From contig OZ244720.1 of NCBI GenBank assembly GCA_965219085.1, positions 448,001 to 512,000 of the forward strand: a stretch of 64,000 nucleotides of DNA, in the 5' to 3' direction. The notes under the pieces are model-generated. The model worked only from the letters and a program-made list of their open reading frames with translations. It ran no database searches and had not been told where the DNA came from. A program made the translations under genes and the position numbers. Position 1 is the first letter of the stretch; the number at the start of each line of letters is the position of its first letter. Source of the DNA: Dehalococcoidia bacterium. Its GTDB lineage: Bacteria; Chloroflexota; Dehalococcoidia; UBA2979. Positions 18,799 through 27,665 of the stretch are shown piece by piece.

Positions 18799-20037
18799 CT
18801 AGTCCTCGCCCGGAGCAGCGAGGCGCAGCGGGTCCGTGGGCTCGCGCAGCAGCTGCTGACGCGCCTGCACCTCCAGCGGCAGGCTCCACAGCTTGATGAA
18901 GCCGAGCGCCGCCTGCTGGTCGAAGTCGTCCTCCGCGCCATACGTCGCCAGCGCGTGGTTGTACAGGCTGCGGTCCGAGCGTGAGCCCACGGCGTCGGCG
19001 TGGCCGCGCCACAGCCGCAGCCGCACCTCGCCCGTCACGTGGCGCTGCGTCGAGTGCACGTAGGCGGCGAGGTCCTGGTGGTGCCCGCTGAACCACTGGC
19101 CGTTGTAGACCAGGTCGGCGTACTCCTGCGCCACCCGCGCCTTCATCCGCATCTGGTCCTTGCTCAGCGTCAGCGACTCCAGCTTGCGGTGCGCGGCCAG
19201 CAGCGCCACCGCCGCGGGCGCCTCGTAGACCTCGCGCGACTTGATGCCGACGAGGCGGTTCTCGACCATGTCGAGCCGCCCGACGCCGTGCGCCCCGGCC
19301 AGCTCGTTCAGGCGGTCGACCAGCTCTACGGGCGTCACCCGCTCGCCGTCGAGCGAGACGGGGATGCCCTGCTCGAAGCCGAGCTCGACCTCGGCCGGCT
19401 CGTCGGGGGTGTCGTCAATCGGGCGGGTCCACATGTACGCGTCCTCGGGCGGAGTGACCCACGGGTCCTCGAGGGCGCCTGCTTCGATGGCGCGGCCCCA
19501 CATGTTCTCGTCGATGGAGTAGGGAGAGCGTTCGCCGCCCTCGACGGAGATACCGTGCTGGCGGCAGTACGCGAGCGCCTCGTCGCGCGTCCACTGGTGC
19601 TCGCGCGCCGTCCCGACGATCGTGAGGCCGGGCGCCAGCGTGGCGAGGGCGATGTCGAACCGCACCTGGTCGTTGCCCTTGCCGGTACAGCCGTGCGCGA
19701 CGGCGGTCGCGCCGACCTCGCGTGCCTTGTCGACGAGCAGCTTCGCGATGAGGGGGCGCCCGAGGGCCGTCGCGAGGGGGTACTCACCCTCGTAGACCGC
19801 GTTGGCTGTCAGCGCCGGGAAGGCGAAGTAGCGCATGAAGTCCTCGCGTGCGTCGACCACGGCGTACTCGATCGCGCCGGCCTCGTGCGCGCGCCGCTCG
19901 GCGCCCTCAAGGTCCTCGACGTTGCCGAGGTCGATGAGGAGGCAGATCACCTCGTAGCCGCGATCCTCCTGCAGCCACTTCGTCGCCGCGGACGTGTCGA
20001 GGCCGCCTGAGTAGGCAAGGACGATGCGTTCGGCCAT
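18799..20037 (-). CDS. argG: Argininosuccinate synthase
   Basis: IVLAYSGGLDTS, HGCTGKGNDQVRF, YSIDENMWGRAIE, ENRLVGIKSREVYEAP. Confidence 0.97.
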   Translation of the reverse strand: MAERIVLAYSGGLDTSAATKWLQEDRGYEVICLLIDLGNVEDLEGAERRAHEAGAIEYAVVDAREDFMRYFAFPALTANAVYEGEYPLATALGRPLIAKLLVDKAREVGATAVAHGCTGKGNDQVRFDIALATLAPGLTIVGTAREHQWTRDEALAYCRQHGISVEGGERSPYSIDENMWGRAIEAGALEDPWVTPPEDAYMWTRPIDDTPDEPAEVELGFEQGIPVSLDGERVTPVELVDRLNELAGAHGVGRLDMVENRLVGIKSREVYEAPAAVALLAAHRKLESLTLSKDQMRMKARVAQEYADLVYNGQWFSGHHQDLAAYVHSTQRHVTGEVRLRLWRGHADAVGSRSDRSLYNHALATYGAEDDFDQQAALGFIKLWSLPLEVQARQQLLREPTDPLRLAAPGED

Positions 20038-20050
20038 CAGTGTGTCTCCA

Positions 20051-20461
20051 TCACTCCAGGTGTGAGGCCTCGCCGGCGACCGCCGAGCCGAGTTCGACGA
20101 TGATCCCGTCCGGGTCGCGCACGTAGGCGACCGTCTGTCCCCACGGCTTCTCGACGGGCTCCGCGAGCGGTGTCGCGCCTGCCTCGACGGCGTGGGCGTA
20201 GGCTGCCGCGACATCCTCCACCTCGAAGCCAATCTCGAAGGCGGCCGGGGCCTGCCCGGCGTCGTTCTCGCGCATCGGCTGGGCGAAGTTCGAGGCCGCC
20301 ATGGTGTTCGACGCGAGCCCGAGCGCGGTCGCACCGGTCTCAAGCTCGGCGTACTCGCCGCCCTCGGCCGCGAAGCGCAGCTCGAGGCCGAACGCGCGCC
20401 CGTAGAAGCGCACGGAGGCCTCCACGTCCCGCACGTAGACGATCGCCCAGCGGAACTGCAT
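20051..20461 (-). CDS. VOC/glyoxalase family protein
   Basis: IVYVRDVEASVRFY, EKPWGQTVAYVRDPDGIIVEL. Confidence 0.9.
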   Translation of the reverse strand: MQFRWAIVYVRDVEASVRFYGRAFGLELRFAAEGGEYAELETGATALGLASNTMAASNFAQPMRENDAGQAPAAFEIGFEVEDVAAAYAHAVEAGATPLAEPVEKPWGQTVAYVRDPDGIIVELGSAVAGEASHLE

Positions 20462-20465
20462 GGGT

Positions 20466-21653
20466 TTAGCCGGTGACTTCCGCGATCGCGCCGTCGATGA
20501 TGTCGACGACGCTGTCGATCTCCTCGGCGCTGACGTTGAGCGGCGGCATCAACCGCACCACGTCGGGGCGTACCGGGTTGAGCAGCGCGCCGCGCTGCAT
20601 CGACTCCACCACGACCTGCGGGGCGATCGGCTCGTTCAGTTCGAGGCCGATCAGCAGGCCTCGCCCGCGTACACCACGCACCACGGAGTGCTTCTCGCCG
20701 AGGGCGGCGAGGCGGCTCGCCGCCTGGTCGCCGCGCGCGCGGACGTTGGCGAGCGTGTCGCCCTCGATGACGCGGCGCAGCACGTGGGCGGCGGCGGCGG
20801 TGGCCAGCGGCTGCCCCCCGAACGTCGAGCCGTGGTCGCCGGGCTCGAAGACCGACGCGGCCTCCGTAGCCATCATCGCGGCTACGGGCACGCCGCCGCC
20901 GAGCGCCTTCGCGCTGGTCATGACGTCGGGCGTGATGCCCGCCTGCTCGTGCGCCCAGAGCGTGCCGGTGCGGCCCATGCCGACTTGCACCTCGTCGAGG
21001 ATGAGCAGCATGCCCTGCTCGTCGCACCACTCGCGAACGGCGCGCAGGTAGTTGTCGCCGGGGATGTTGATGCCGCCCTCGCCCTGGATCGGCTCCAGCA
21101 TGACCGCGGTGGTGTGCTCGTTCGTCGCCGCCTGGATCGCCTCGACGTCATCGAAGTCGACGTAGACGAAGCCGGGGACGAGCGGCTCGAAGGGCTCGCG
21201 GTATGCGGGGGTGCCGGTTGCGGCGACGGTCGCCATGGTGCGGCCGTGGAAGCCGTTCTCCGCGACGACGATTTCGTGCGCGCCGTTGCGGTTCAGCCGG
21301 CCCCACTTGCGGGCGAGCTTGAGCGCCGCCTCATTCGCCTCGGCCCCCGAGTTCGCGAAGAACACGCGGTCCATCGGCGAGTGCTCGATGAGCAGCTGGG
21401 CCAGCTCGATCTGCGGCTCGGTGTAGAAGATGTTCGAGACATGGATCAGCGTGCGCGCCTGCTCCGCGATCACCTCGGCAAGCTCGGGGTCGGAGTGCCC
21501 GAAGGTGCACGAGGCGATGCCGGCCACGAAGTCGAGGTACTCCTTGCCCTCGTCGTCCCAGACACGGGTGCCTTCGCCGCGCACGAGCGTGAGCGGCAGC
21601 CGCCGCGCGGCCTGCATATAGAGCTGGGCTTCCAGGGCCTGGGTATCCGTCAC
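20466..21653 (-). CDS. argD: Acetylornithine aminotransferase
   Basis: YLDFVAGIA, NSGAEANE, FHGRT, EPIQGEGG, DEVQVGMGRTG, SAKALGGG, HGSTFGG; arg cluster context. Confidence 0.92.
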   Translation of the reverse strand: MTDTQALEAQLYMQAARRLPLTLVRGEGTRVWDDEGKEYLDFVAGIASCTFGHSDPELAEVIAEQARTLIHVSNIFYTEPQIELAQLLIEHSPMDRVFFANSGAEANEAALKLARKWGRLNRNGAHEIVVAENGFHGRTMATVAATGTPAYREPFEPLVPGFVYVDFDDVEAIQAATNEHTTAVMLEPIQGEGGINIPGDNYLRAVREWCDEQGMLLILDEVQVGMGRTGTLWAHEQAGITPDVMTSAKALGGGVPVAAMMATEAASVFEPGDHGSTFGGQPLATAAAAHVLRRVIEGDTLANVRARGDQAASRLAALGEKHSVVRGVRGRGLLIGLELNEPIAPQVVVESMQRGALLNPVRPDVVRLMPPLNVSAEEIDSVVDIIDGAIAEVTG

Positions 21654-21774
21654 GCTGCTCTCCAGTACTCGTTGCGTCGTGTGTTGTTGGCGTGCCGAGG
21701 CACAACGGACAGCTTACCCGTCGTGCCCGTTGCGGGCTTGGGGCCGCCGGCGCCAAACGCGCCGGCGGCGGCTC

Positions 21775-24564
21775 CTACTGTTGCTGCTGCGACCGCTCGA
21801 TCTCGTCGAGGATGGCGCGCAGCCGGTTGAGCTCCTCCTGGGCCGCGTCAGCGGCGTCTTGCGCCTGCCGCAGCAGCGTGTCGAAGTCTCCGGCCGGTAC
21901 CGAGACGTCGCTGCTGTCCTCACGTGGCGGGGTGGGCGCCGCCTGGGTGATCGTGCCGGCGCCTGGCAACGACGAGGCACGCCGGCCGAAGACGACATCG
22001 AGCGAGCGCTGGAACGTCTGCTCCATCGCGATGTTGTTGCCGTTTGCCACGACGACGCGCTTGAGCTCCGGGATGCGCGAGCTCTCGGCCTGCAGGTAGA
22101 TCGGCTCGACGAACAGGAACGAGTCGCCGATGGGGATCATGAGCAGGTTGCCGCGGATCACCTCGGAGCCCGCGCCCTCCCACAGCGTGAGCTGCGCGGA
22201 GATGCCGGGGTCCTGGTCGATGCGCGCCTCGATCTGCGCGGGGCCGAAGACGAGGTCGTCCGTCGGGAAACGGTAGGAGCGCAGCGCGCCCAGGTGCTCG
22301 CCATCGGAGCGGCCGGCGAGCCAGGCGATGGTGTTCTGCTTGTTGCGTGGCGTGAAGGGCATGATCAGCGAGAACTCCTCGATTTCCTCGCCGGGCAGCT
22401 TCAGGATCACGTAGTAGGGCTCCAGCGGCTGTTCCTGTTGGCGGAACTTCTCCGTGGGGATGTTCCACAGGTCCTCGCCGAGGAAGAACACGCGCGGGTC
22501 CGTGATGTGGTAGCGCAGGTACTGCTGCGCCTGGAGCTGGAACATGTCCTCGGGGTAGCGCAGGTGCGCCTCGAGGAACGGCGGCATCTCCGCGCGGTCC
22601 GTGAAGAGGTCCGGGAAGATCCTCGCCCACGTCGCCGCGACCGGGTCGTCGCGATCCATGAGGTAGAAGGTCATGTCGCCGGTCTCGGCGTGGACCACCA
22701 CCTTCACGCTGTTGCGGATGTAGTTGACGGTCCCGAGGTGCTGCGAGTACGGGAAGTCGCCCGAGACGGTATATGCGTCCTGGATCCACAGCAACGCGCC
22801 GTCGGCGATGACGATGTACGGGTCAGCGTCGAGCCGCAGGAACGGCGCCACCTTCGTGATGCGGTCCGCCAGCGAACGGTGCATGAGCAGCGTGGACTCG
22901 CCCGTGACACGGCCGGAGATGAGCAGGTTGCGGTCGCCGAGCTGCCACGCGAGCGCAAAGCGTCGCAGCAAGTTGGAAAGCTGGATGCCGCGATCCGGCT
23001 TGTAGGTCGTCTCGACGGTGGTCTCCCCGTCCGGGTAGTCGAACTCCTTCTCCTTCGTCTTGACGATGATGTAGTGGTCGGTCAACTCGCCGAAGTAGAT
23101 GCGGGCGCCATCGTCGCTGATCGGCACGGCCTCGCCGACGGGCGGGATGTCGCGCGTGATCAGCACGGGCAGGCCTTCCGCCGTGATCTCGTTGACCGGC
23201 GCCACGACGGCGCCGAAGCCGTGCGTGAACTGCAGGCGCTCCTGCGTCCAGCCCGAACCCGCTGTCTGCGATGCGCGTCGCAGGTCCAGCTCGCGCGGCG
23301 CGAGCATCACCTGCCGCGGCTCTCCGTCGATCATGTAGCGATCGACGTCCACGTCGTCGAACGTGTAGAGGGGGCGGATCGACTGGATCTGGACGAACGT
23401 GTCGCGAGTGGGGCGGGCGTCGAGGAGGCGGATGTTGGAGAGCGTCGCCCCATTGGCGGCGATCTCCTCCTCGGTCACGGCGGGCTCCGCCGGGAACGTG
23501 GTGACTTCGATCTCGTTGAGGCCCCAGGCGAGCCGCGTCATGTCGATGTTGCGGTCGATGTACAGCTCTTCCTTCTCGATCTCGTTCGGGTCGACCTGGA
23601 AGGACTGCACGAACGAGGGGTACACGAACCCACCGACGATGCCGGCGACAACCCAGAGCCCGATGGTGAAGGCGGGGACGCGCCAGCTCCCGCTCAGCAC
23701 CGAGTTGGCGATGGTTGCCAGGCCCGCGAACGCGCCGAGGGCAACCATGGCGTAGCGCGCCGGCAGGCGCGCGTTGATGTCCGTGTAGGTCGCGCCGGTC
23801 ACGATGCCGAGCCGCGAGGTGGCGAGGTCGAAGGCGGAGAGGTAGGTCCCGATCGCAATGACGAGCAGGATCAGTCCCACCAGCACGGAGATGTGGATGC
23901 GCATGCCGCGCGGCACCTGCAACTCGAAGCGCTGCAGCGAGTACGTCAGCGCGTACACCGAGCCCGCGCCCAGCGCGGAGACCACGAGCAGCGACAGCAC
24001 CCAGCCCTGGAAGAGGTGCAGCGCGGGCAGGTCGAACATGTAGAACGAGACGTCGCGGTTGAACGCCGGGTCGTTCAGGCCGAAGTCGACGGCGTACCAC
24101 CACGACAGCACCGTCTCCCACGATCCCGCGGCGACCGCGCCGAAGATGATCGCGAGGAACAGCGTCATCGCGATCATGACGACCGAGACGACGCGCCGGA
24201 TGGCGTCGGGGTCGACGTCCTCGATGAACGACTCCTCGAAGCCCTGCGGCGCGAGCCTGCGCGCGAGCCAGATGTTGAAGCCGAGCACGACGAGCGTGAT
24301 CAGCGTGCCGATCACGAAGAGCACCGCACGCGCGGCCAGCACGCGGCGGAAGTTGCTGGCGAACTCGACCGAGTCGAACCACAGGAAGTCGACGTAAAGC
24401 GACTTGGCGACATTCGCTGCCACGAACAGCAGCACGATCGCGGCGAGGAGTCCAATCCAGCGCAGCGAGATGGGTGAGCGGAAGTTGTTCGCGCCGCCGA
24501 TCCGGAATGGCTCGTCGGGTGGCCCCAGGGGGCCGCGGTCTTCCCGGTCCTCGAAGAAGCCCAG
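21775..24564 (-). CDS. UPF0182 family membrane protein (probable CTG start at 24564)
   Basis: LYVDFLWF, DPAFNRDVSFYMFDLP, DVDVDRY, FTHGFG, NYIRNSVKVVV, HLRYPEDMF, GPAQIEARIDQDP; frame open upstream to a CTG with GAGGTG SD. Confidence 0.9.
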   Translation of the reverse strand: MGFFEDREDRGPLGPPDEPFRIGGANNFRSPISLRWIGLLAAIVLLFVAANVAKSLYVDFLWFDSVEFASNFRRVLAARAVLFVIGTLITLVVLGFNIWLARRLAPQGFEESFIEDVDPDAIRRVVSVVMIAMTLFLAIIFGAVAAGSWETVLSWWYAVDFGLNDPAFNRDVSFYMFDLPALHLFQGWVLSLLVVSALGAGSVYALTYSLQRFELQVPRGMRIHISVLVGLILLVIAIGTYLSAFDLATSRLGIVTGATYTDINARLPARYAMVALGAFAGLATIANSVLSGSWRVPAFTIGLWVVAGIVGGFVYPSFVQSFQVDPNEIEKEELYIDRNIDMTRLAWGLNEIEVTTFPAEPAVTEEEIAANGATLSNIRLLDARPTRDTFVQIQSIRPLYTFDDVDVDRYMIDGEPRQVMLAPRELDLRRASQTAGSGWTQERLQFTHGFGAVVAPVNEITAEGLPVLITRDIPPVGEAVPISDDGARIYFGELTDHYIIVKTKEKEFDYPDGETTVETTYKPDRGIQLSNLLRRFALAWQLGDRNLLISGRVTGESTLLMHRSLADRITKVAPFLRLDADPYIVIADGALLWIQDAYTVSGDFPYSQHLGTVNYIRNSVKVVVHAETGDMTFYLMDRDDPVAATWARIFPDLFTDRAEMPPFLEAHLRYPEDMFQLQAQQYLRYHITDPRVFFLGEDLWNIPTEKFRQQEQPLEPYYVILKLPGEEIEEFSLIMPFTPRNKQNTIAWLAGRSDGEHLGALRSYRFPTDDLVFGPAQIEARIDQDPGISAQLTLWEGAGSEVIRGNLLMIPIGDSFLFVEPIYLQAESSRIPELKRVVVANGNNIAMEQTFQRSLDVVFGRRASSLPGAGTITQAAPTPPREDSSDVSVPAGDFDTLLRQAQDAADAAQEELNRLRAILDEIERSQQQQ

Positions 24565-24566
24565 GG

Positions 24567-25364
24567 TTACACCTCAATCCGTGTGCCGAGCGGTTCGCCC
24601 GCTACGATGCGCTCCAGTGTACGCCGCGCGCGGCCCTGCGCCACATGCACGCGCACGCGCTCCTCGGCGGCGCGCAGGCTGGCGTCGATTTTGGGCAACA
24701 TCCCGCCCGCAAGCGTGCCCGCCGCGCGCAGCGTCGAGGCCTGCTCGGCCCCGAGCGTCGTGATGAGCTCGCCGGCATCGTCGAGGACGCCATCGACGTC
24801 CGTCATGAACACCAGCAGTTGCGCCCGCAGCGCGCGCGCGATCTCGCCCGCGACCGTGTCGGCGTTGATGTTGAGTGGCTGGCTCGGCGGCTCCAGCCCG
24901 ATCGGGGCGATCACCGGAATCGCGCCGCTCTCGAGGATCGGGTGCAGCACCGAGGCGTCGATGCCCGTGATCTCGCCGACGAACCCGAGGCGCTCGTCGG
25001 CGCGGCGCGCGCGCACCAGCCCGCCGTCGACGCCGGAGACGCCGACTGCGCGGCCGCCGAGGCGCACGATCTCGCTGACCAGCCGCGTGTTCACCACGCC
25101 GCGCAGCACGCCGATCACCACCTCGAGCGCCTCCTCGCTCGTCGCGCGCAGGCCGTCGACGAAGACGGCGGGCACCTCGAGGCGTTCGAGCCAGTCGGTG
25201 ATCATCGCGCCGCCGCCGTGGACGACGATGGGGTAGAGGCCGTTGCGGCGCAGCGAGACGACGTCGACGAGCGTCGTGTCCTCGTCGCCGAGGGTGGAGC
25301 CGCCGATCTTGACGACGATCATGCGGTCGCTGGTGATGGCTCCAGTCGAGGGTGCTGAGGTCAT
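24567..25364 (-). CDS. argB: Acetylglutamate kinase
   Basis: VVKIGGS, VVHGGG, GFVGEI, NINADTVA, MTDVDGV, GGMLPKI. Confidence 0.95.
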   Translation of the reverse strand: MTSAPSTGAITSDRMIVVKIGGSTLGDEDTTLVDVVSLRRNGLYPIVVHGGGAMITDWLERLEVPAVFVDGLRATSEEALEVVIGVLRGVVNTRLVSEIVRLGGRAVGVSGVDGGLVRARRADERLGFVGEITGIDASVLHPILESGAIPVIAPIGLEPPSQPLNINADTVAGEIARALRAQLLVFMTDVDGVLDDAGELITTLGAEQASTLRAAGTLAGGMLPKIDASLRAAEERVRVHVAQGRARRTLERIVAGEPLGTRIEV

Positions 25365-26599
25365 GTCGTGTAGTCCGCGTTGATGCTCACGTACTCGGCG
25401 GTCAGGTCGCATCCCCACGCCGTCGCGGTCGCCTCGCCCGAGGCGAGGTCGATGCGGATCCCGACTTCCTCGGTGTCCATGGCGGCGGAGATCTCCGCCT
25501 CGCTCGTCGCGGCCGGCGCGCCGTGGTCGAATGCGATGTGCTCGCCGATCCACACGCTGGCGGCCGCAAGGTCGAGCGAAGCCCCGGAGCGCCCGGCCGC
25601 CATCAGCACGCGCCCCCAGTTCGGGTCGCGGCCGGTCACCATGGTCTTCACGAGCGGCGACGAGCTGATCGTGCGCGCGCAGAGCCGCGCGTCCGCGACA
25701 TTCGCCGCACCCTTGACCACCACCTCGATCAGCGTGTTCGCCCCCTCGCCGTCCCGTGCGAGCTGGCGCGCCAGCGTCACAGAGACCGCCTCGATGGCGC
25801 GTTCGAGGGCGTCCGCTGCGGGGTGACCGTCGGCGACGGGCTCGCCGCCCGCCGCGCCGTTGGCGAGCAGCAGCACCGTGTCGGACGTCGACGTGTCCAT
25901 GTCCACGTCGATCATGTTGAACGAGCGGTCGCAGACGCGGCGCAGCGTCGCCTGCAGCCAGCCGTGGTCCGCAGGTGCGTCGGTCGTCAGGAAGCCGAAC
26001 ATCGTCGCCATGTCCGGGTGGATCATGCCCGAGCCCTTGGCGACCCCGCCGACGGTATATGTGCGGCCGCCCGCCTCGACGCGGACCGCGGCCTGCTTGG
26101 GGTGCGTGTCGGTGGTCATGATCGCGCGGGCGAACGCTTCGCCGCCCACCTCGGACACCTCGACGGCGTCGATGCCGGCCTCGATCCGATCCATCGGCAG
26201 CAGGCGGCCGATCACGCCCGTCGAGGCGACGAGCACGTGCTGCTCATCGACGCCGAGCTTCGCGGCGGCGAGCGCCGCCATGCGCACGGCGTCCTCGACG
26301 CCCCGCGGGCCTGTCGCGACGTTCGAGTTGCCGGAGTTGGCCACGATGGCGCGCGCGGCGCCGCCCGCGGCGCGCTCGCGCGTGAGCCGCACCGGCTCAC
26401 CGACGACGGCGTTGCGGGTGTAGACACCGGCGACGGTGCAGGGGCGGTCGGCGACGAGCATGCCCACGTCGAAGCGCGGCTCGGGCCCGTAGGTGCGAAT
26501 ACCCGCGTAGCTGCCGCCCGCGACGAACCCCGCGGGCGCGGTCACGCCGCCCTCGATGGTCTCGATGCGCGCCCCGACGGCCTGCGAGGGGTTGGTCAA
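25361..26599 (-). CDS. argJ: Ornithine acetyltransferase/N-acetylglutamate synthase ArgJ
   Basis: NSGNSN..TG, STGVIG, AIMTTDT, AKGSGMIHPDMATM, DTSTSDT, DGEGA, WGCDLTAEYV.INADYTT; TTG start with GGGAG SD. Confidence 0.95.
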   Translation of the reverse strand: MTNPSQAVGARIETIEGGVTAPAGFVAGGSYAGIRTYGPEPRFDVGMLVADRPCTVAGVYTRNAVVGEPVRLTRERAAGGAARAIVANSGNSNVATGPRGVEDAVRMAALAAAKLGVDEQHVLVASTGVIGRLLPMDRIEAGIDAVEVSEVGGEAFARAIMTTDTHPKQAAVRVEAGGRTYTVGGVAKGSGMIHPDMATMFGFLTTDAPADHGWLQATLRRVCDRSFNMIDVDMDTSTSDTVLLLANGAAGGEPVADGHPAADALERAIEAVSVTLARQLARDGEGANTLIEVVVKGAANVADARLCARTISSSPLVKTMVTGRDPNWGRVLMAAGRSGASLDLAAASVWIGEHIAFDHGAPAATSEAEISAAMDTEEVGIRIDLASGEATATAWGCDLTAEYVSINADYTT

Positions 26600-26637
26600 G
26601 CGTGGCTCCCGTCCGGGCATCGAGTATAGGCAGCCAT

Positions 26638-26913
26638 ATCGCTTGTGCTCAGCCTGCCGGGATCGCTTGTGCTCAGCCTGCCGGGATCGCTTGTGCTCAG
26701 CCTGCCGGGATCGCTTGTGCTCAGCCTGCCGGGATCGCTTGTGCTCAGCCTGCCGGGATCGCTTGTGCTCAGCCTGCCGGGATCGCTTGTGCTCAGCCTG
26801 CCGGGATCGCCCGCGCTCAGCCTGCCGGGATCGCTTGCGCTCAGCCTGCCGGGATCGCTTGCGCTTAGCCTTCCGGGATCGCTTGCGCTTAGCCTTCCGG
26901 GATCGCTTGCGCT
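26638..26913. repeat. 24-bp tandem repeat, 11 full units plus a partial (ATCGCTTGTGCTCAGCCTGCCGGG)
   Basis: Units start at 26638 and recur every 24 nt; first 7 identical, next 4 variant, final partial unit lies inside the nth 3' end; no spacers. Confidence 0.97.
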
Positions 26914-27620
26914 GAGGCGGCGGGGAGCCCGACGCGCGGGCAGTGCGCGAGCAGGGGGCAGCCTCCGCACTCGGGGTTGCGGGCGTGGCATGTGCGGCGC
27001 CCGTGCTGGATGAGGTCGACGTGGAACGGGAGCATCTGCTCCGGCTCCAGCATCTCCTCGATCAGTTCTGATTGCTGGTCGGGCGAGGCGCGCTGCGGCG
27101 TCAGCCCGAGTCGCATCGCAACACGCCCGACATGCGTGTCGACGGGCATCGCGGGCCGGCCGAGCGCGAACATGAGCGTCACGGCCGTGCTCTTGTGGCC
27201 TACGCCCGGCAGCGAGCGCAGCCACGCCTTGGCCTCCTCGATCGGCATCGCCTCGAGGAAGTCGATGTCGAAGTCCGGGACGCGGTCGCGCACCTCGGCG
27301 AGGAGCGCCTGCAGGCGCGGCGCCTTCGTCGGCGCGAGGCCCCCCGGCCGGATCGCGTCCTCGACCGCGCTCGTCGGCGCCTCGATCACGGCGTCCCACT
27401 CCGGGAAGCGCTCGATGAGGCGGTGGAACGCCCGCCCGGAGTTGTGGTCCGACGTGTGCTGCGAGAGCAGCGCGAGCACGAGCTCCGAGAGGGCGTCGCC
27501 GTGCGGGCGCTCGGGCGGCCGCCCGTACGCCTCGTCGAGGATCGCGAGCATCCCGGCGATGTCCCAACGGTCGGACGCCTCTTCGGGCGCCGGGGCGGAC
27601 GTGCTACGTGTCGAGGCCAT
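26889..27620 (-). CDS. nth: Endonuclease III (HhH-GPD, 4Fe-4S)
   Basis: LLSQHTSD, LPGVGHKST, PVDTHVGRV, CHARNPECGGCPLLAHC cluster motif. Confidence 0.9.
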   Translation of the reverse strand: MASTRSTSAPAPEEASDRWDIAGMLAILDEAYGRPPERPHGDALSELVLALLSQHTSDHNSGRAFHRLIERFPEWDAVIEAPTSAVEDAIRPGGLAPTKAPRLQALLAEVRDRVPDFDIDFLEAMPIEEAKAWLRSLPGVGHKSTAVTLMFALGRPAMPVDTHVGRVAMRLGLTPQRASPDQQSELIEEMLEPEQMLPFHVDLIQHGRRTCHARNPECGGCPLLAHCPRVGLPAASAQAIPEG

Positions 27621-27625
27621 GACCG

Positions 27626-27637
27626 CATCGTACGATG
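27626..27637. promoter_or_regulatory. Palindrome CATCGTACGATG giving a TACGAT -10 on both strands (nth and selD)
   Basis: Perfect 12-bp palindrome; minus-strand TACGAT is 6 nt before the nth ATG, plus-strand TACGAT precedes the selD SD. Confidence 0.55.
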
Positions 27638-27665
27638 GGGCGTGCATCGAGCGGAGGGATGGCGC

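Noticed and set aside
18799-21030. Long N-terminal extensions or fusions in track ORFs (argG 743 aa, nth 645 aa, hydrolase 648 aa)
   Set aside because: The extensions overlap other well-supported genes; the true starts are downstream
21679-24477. Very long antisense ORFs (for example 932, 724 and 703 aa in the track)
   Set aside because: Shadow frames of real genes, expected at high GC3; no motifs
26638-26891. Poly-selenocysteine read-through tail of nth (nine in-frame UGA, close to selD)
   Set aside because: Two TAA stops come first in that frame, and there is no separate start or clear SECIS
26638-26913. 24-bp array as a CRISPR array
   Set aside because: Units are directly adjacent with no spacers, and there are no cas genes in the window
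26556-26915. Poly-CxxC ORF (RLCSACRD)n as a metal-binding protein
   Set aside because: By-product of the repeat; it starts antisense inside argJ with no SD, and most frames of the repeat are open
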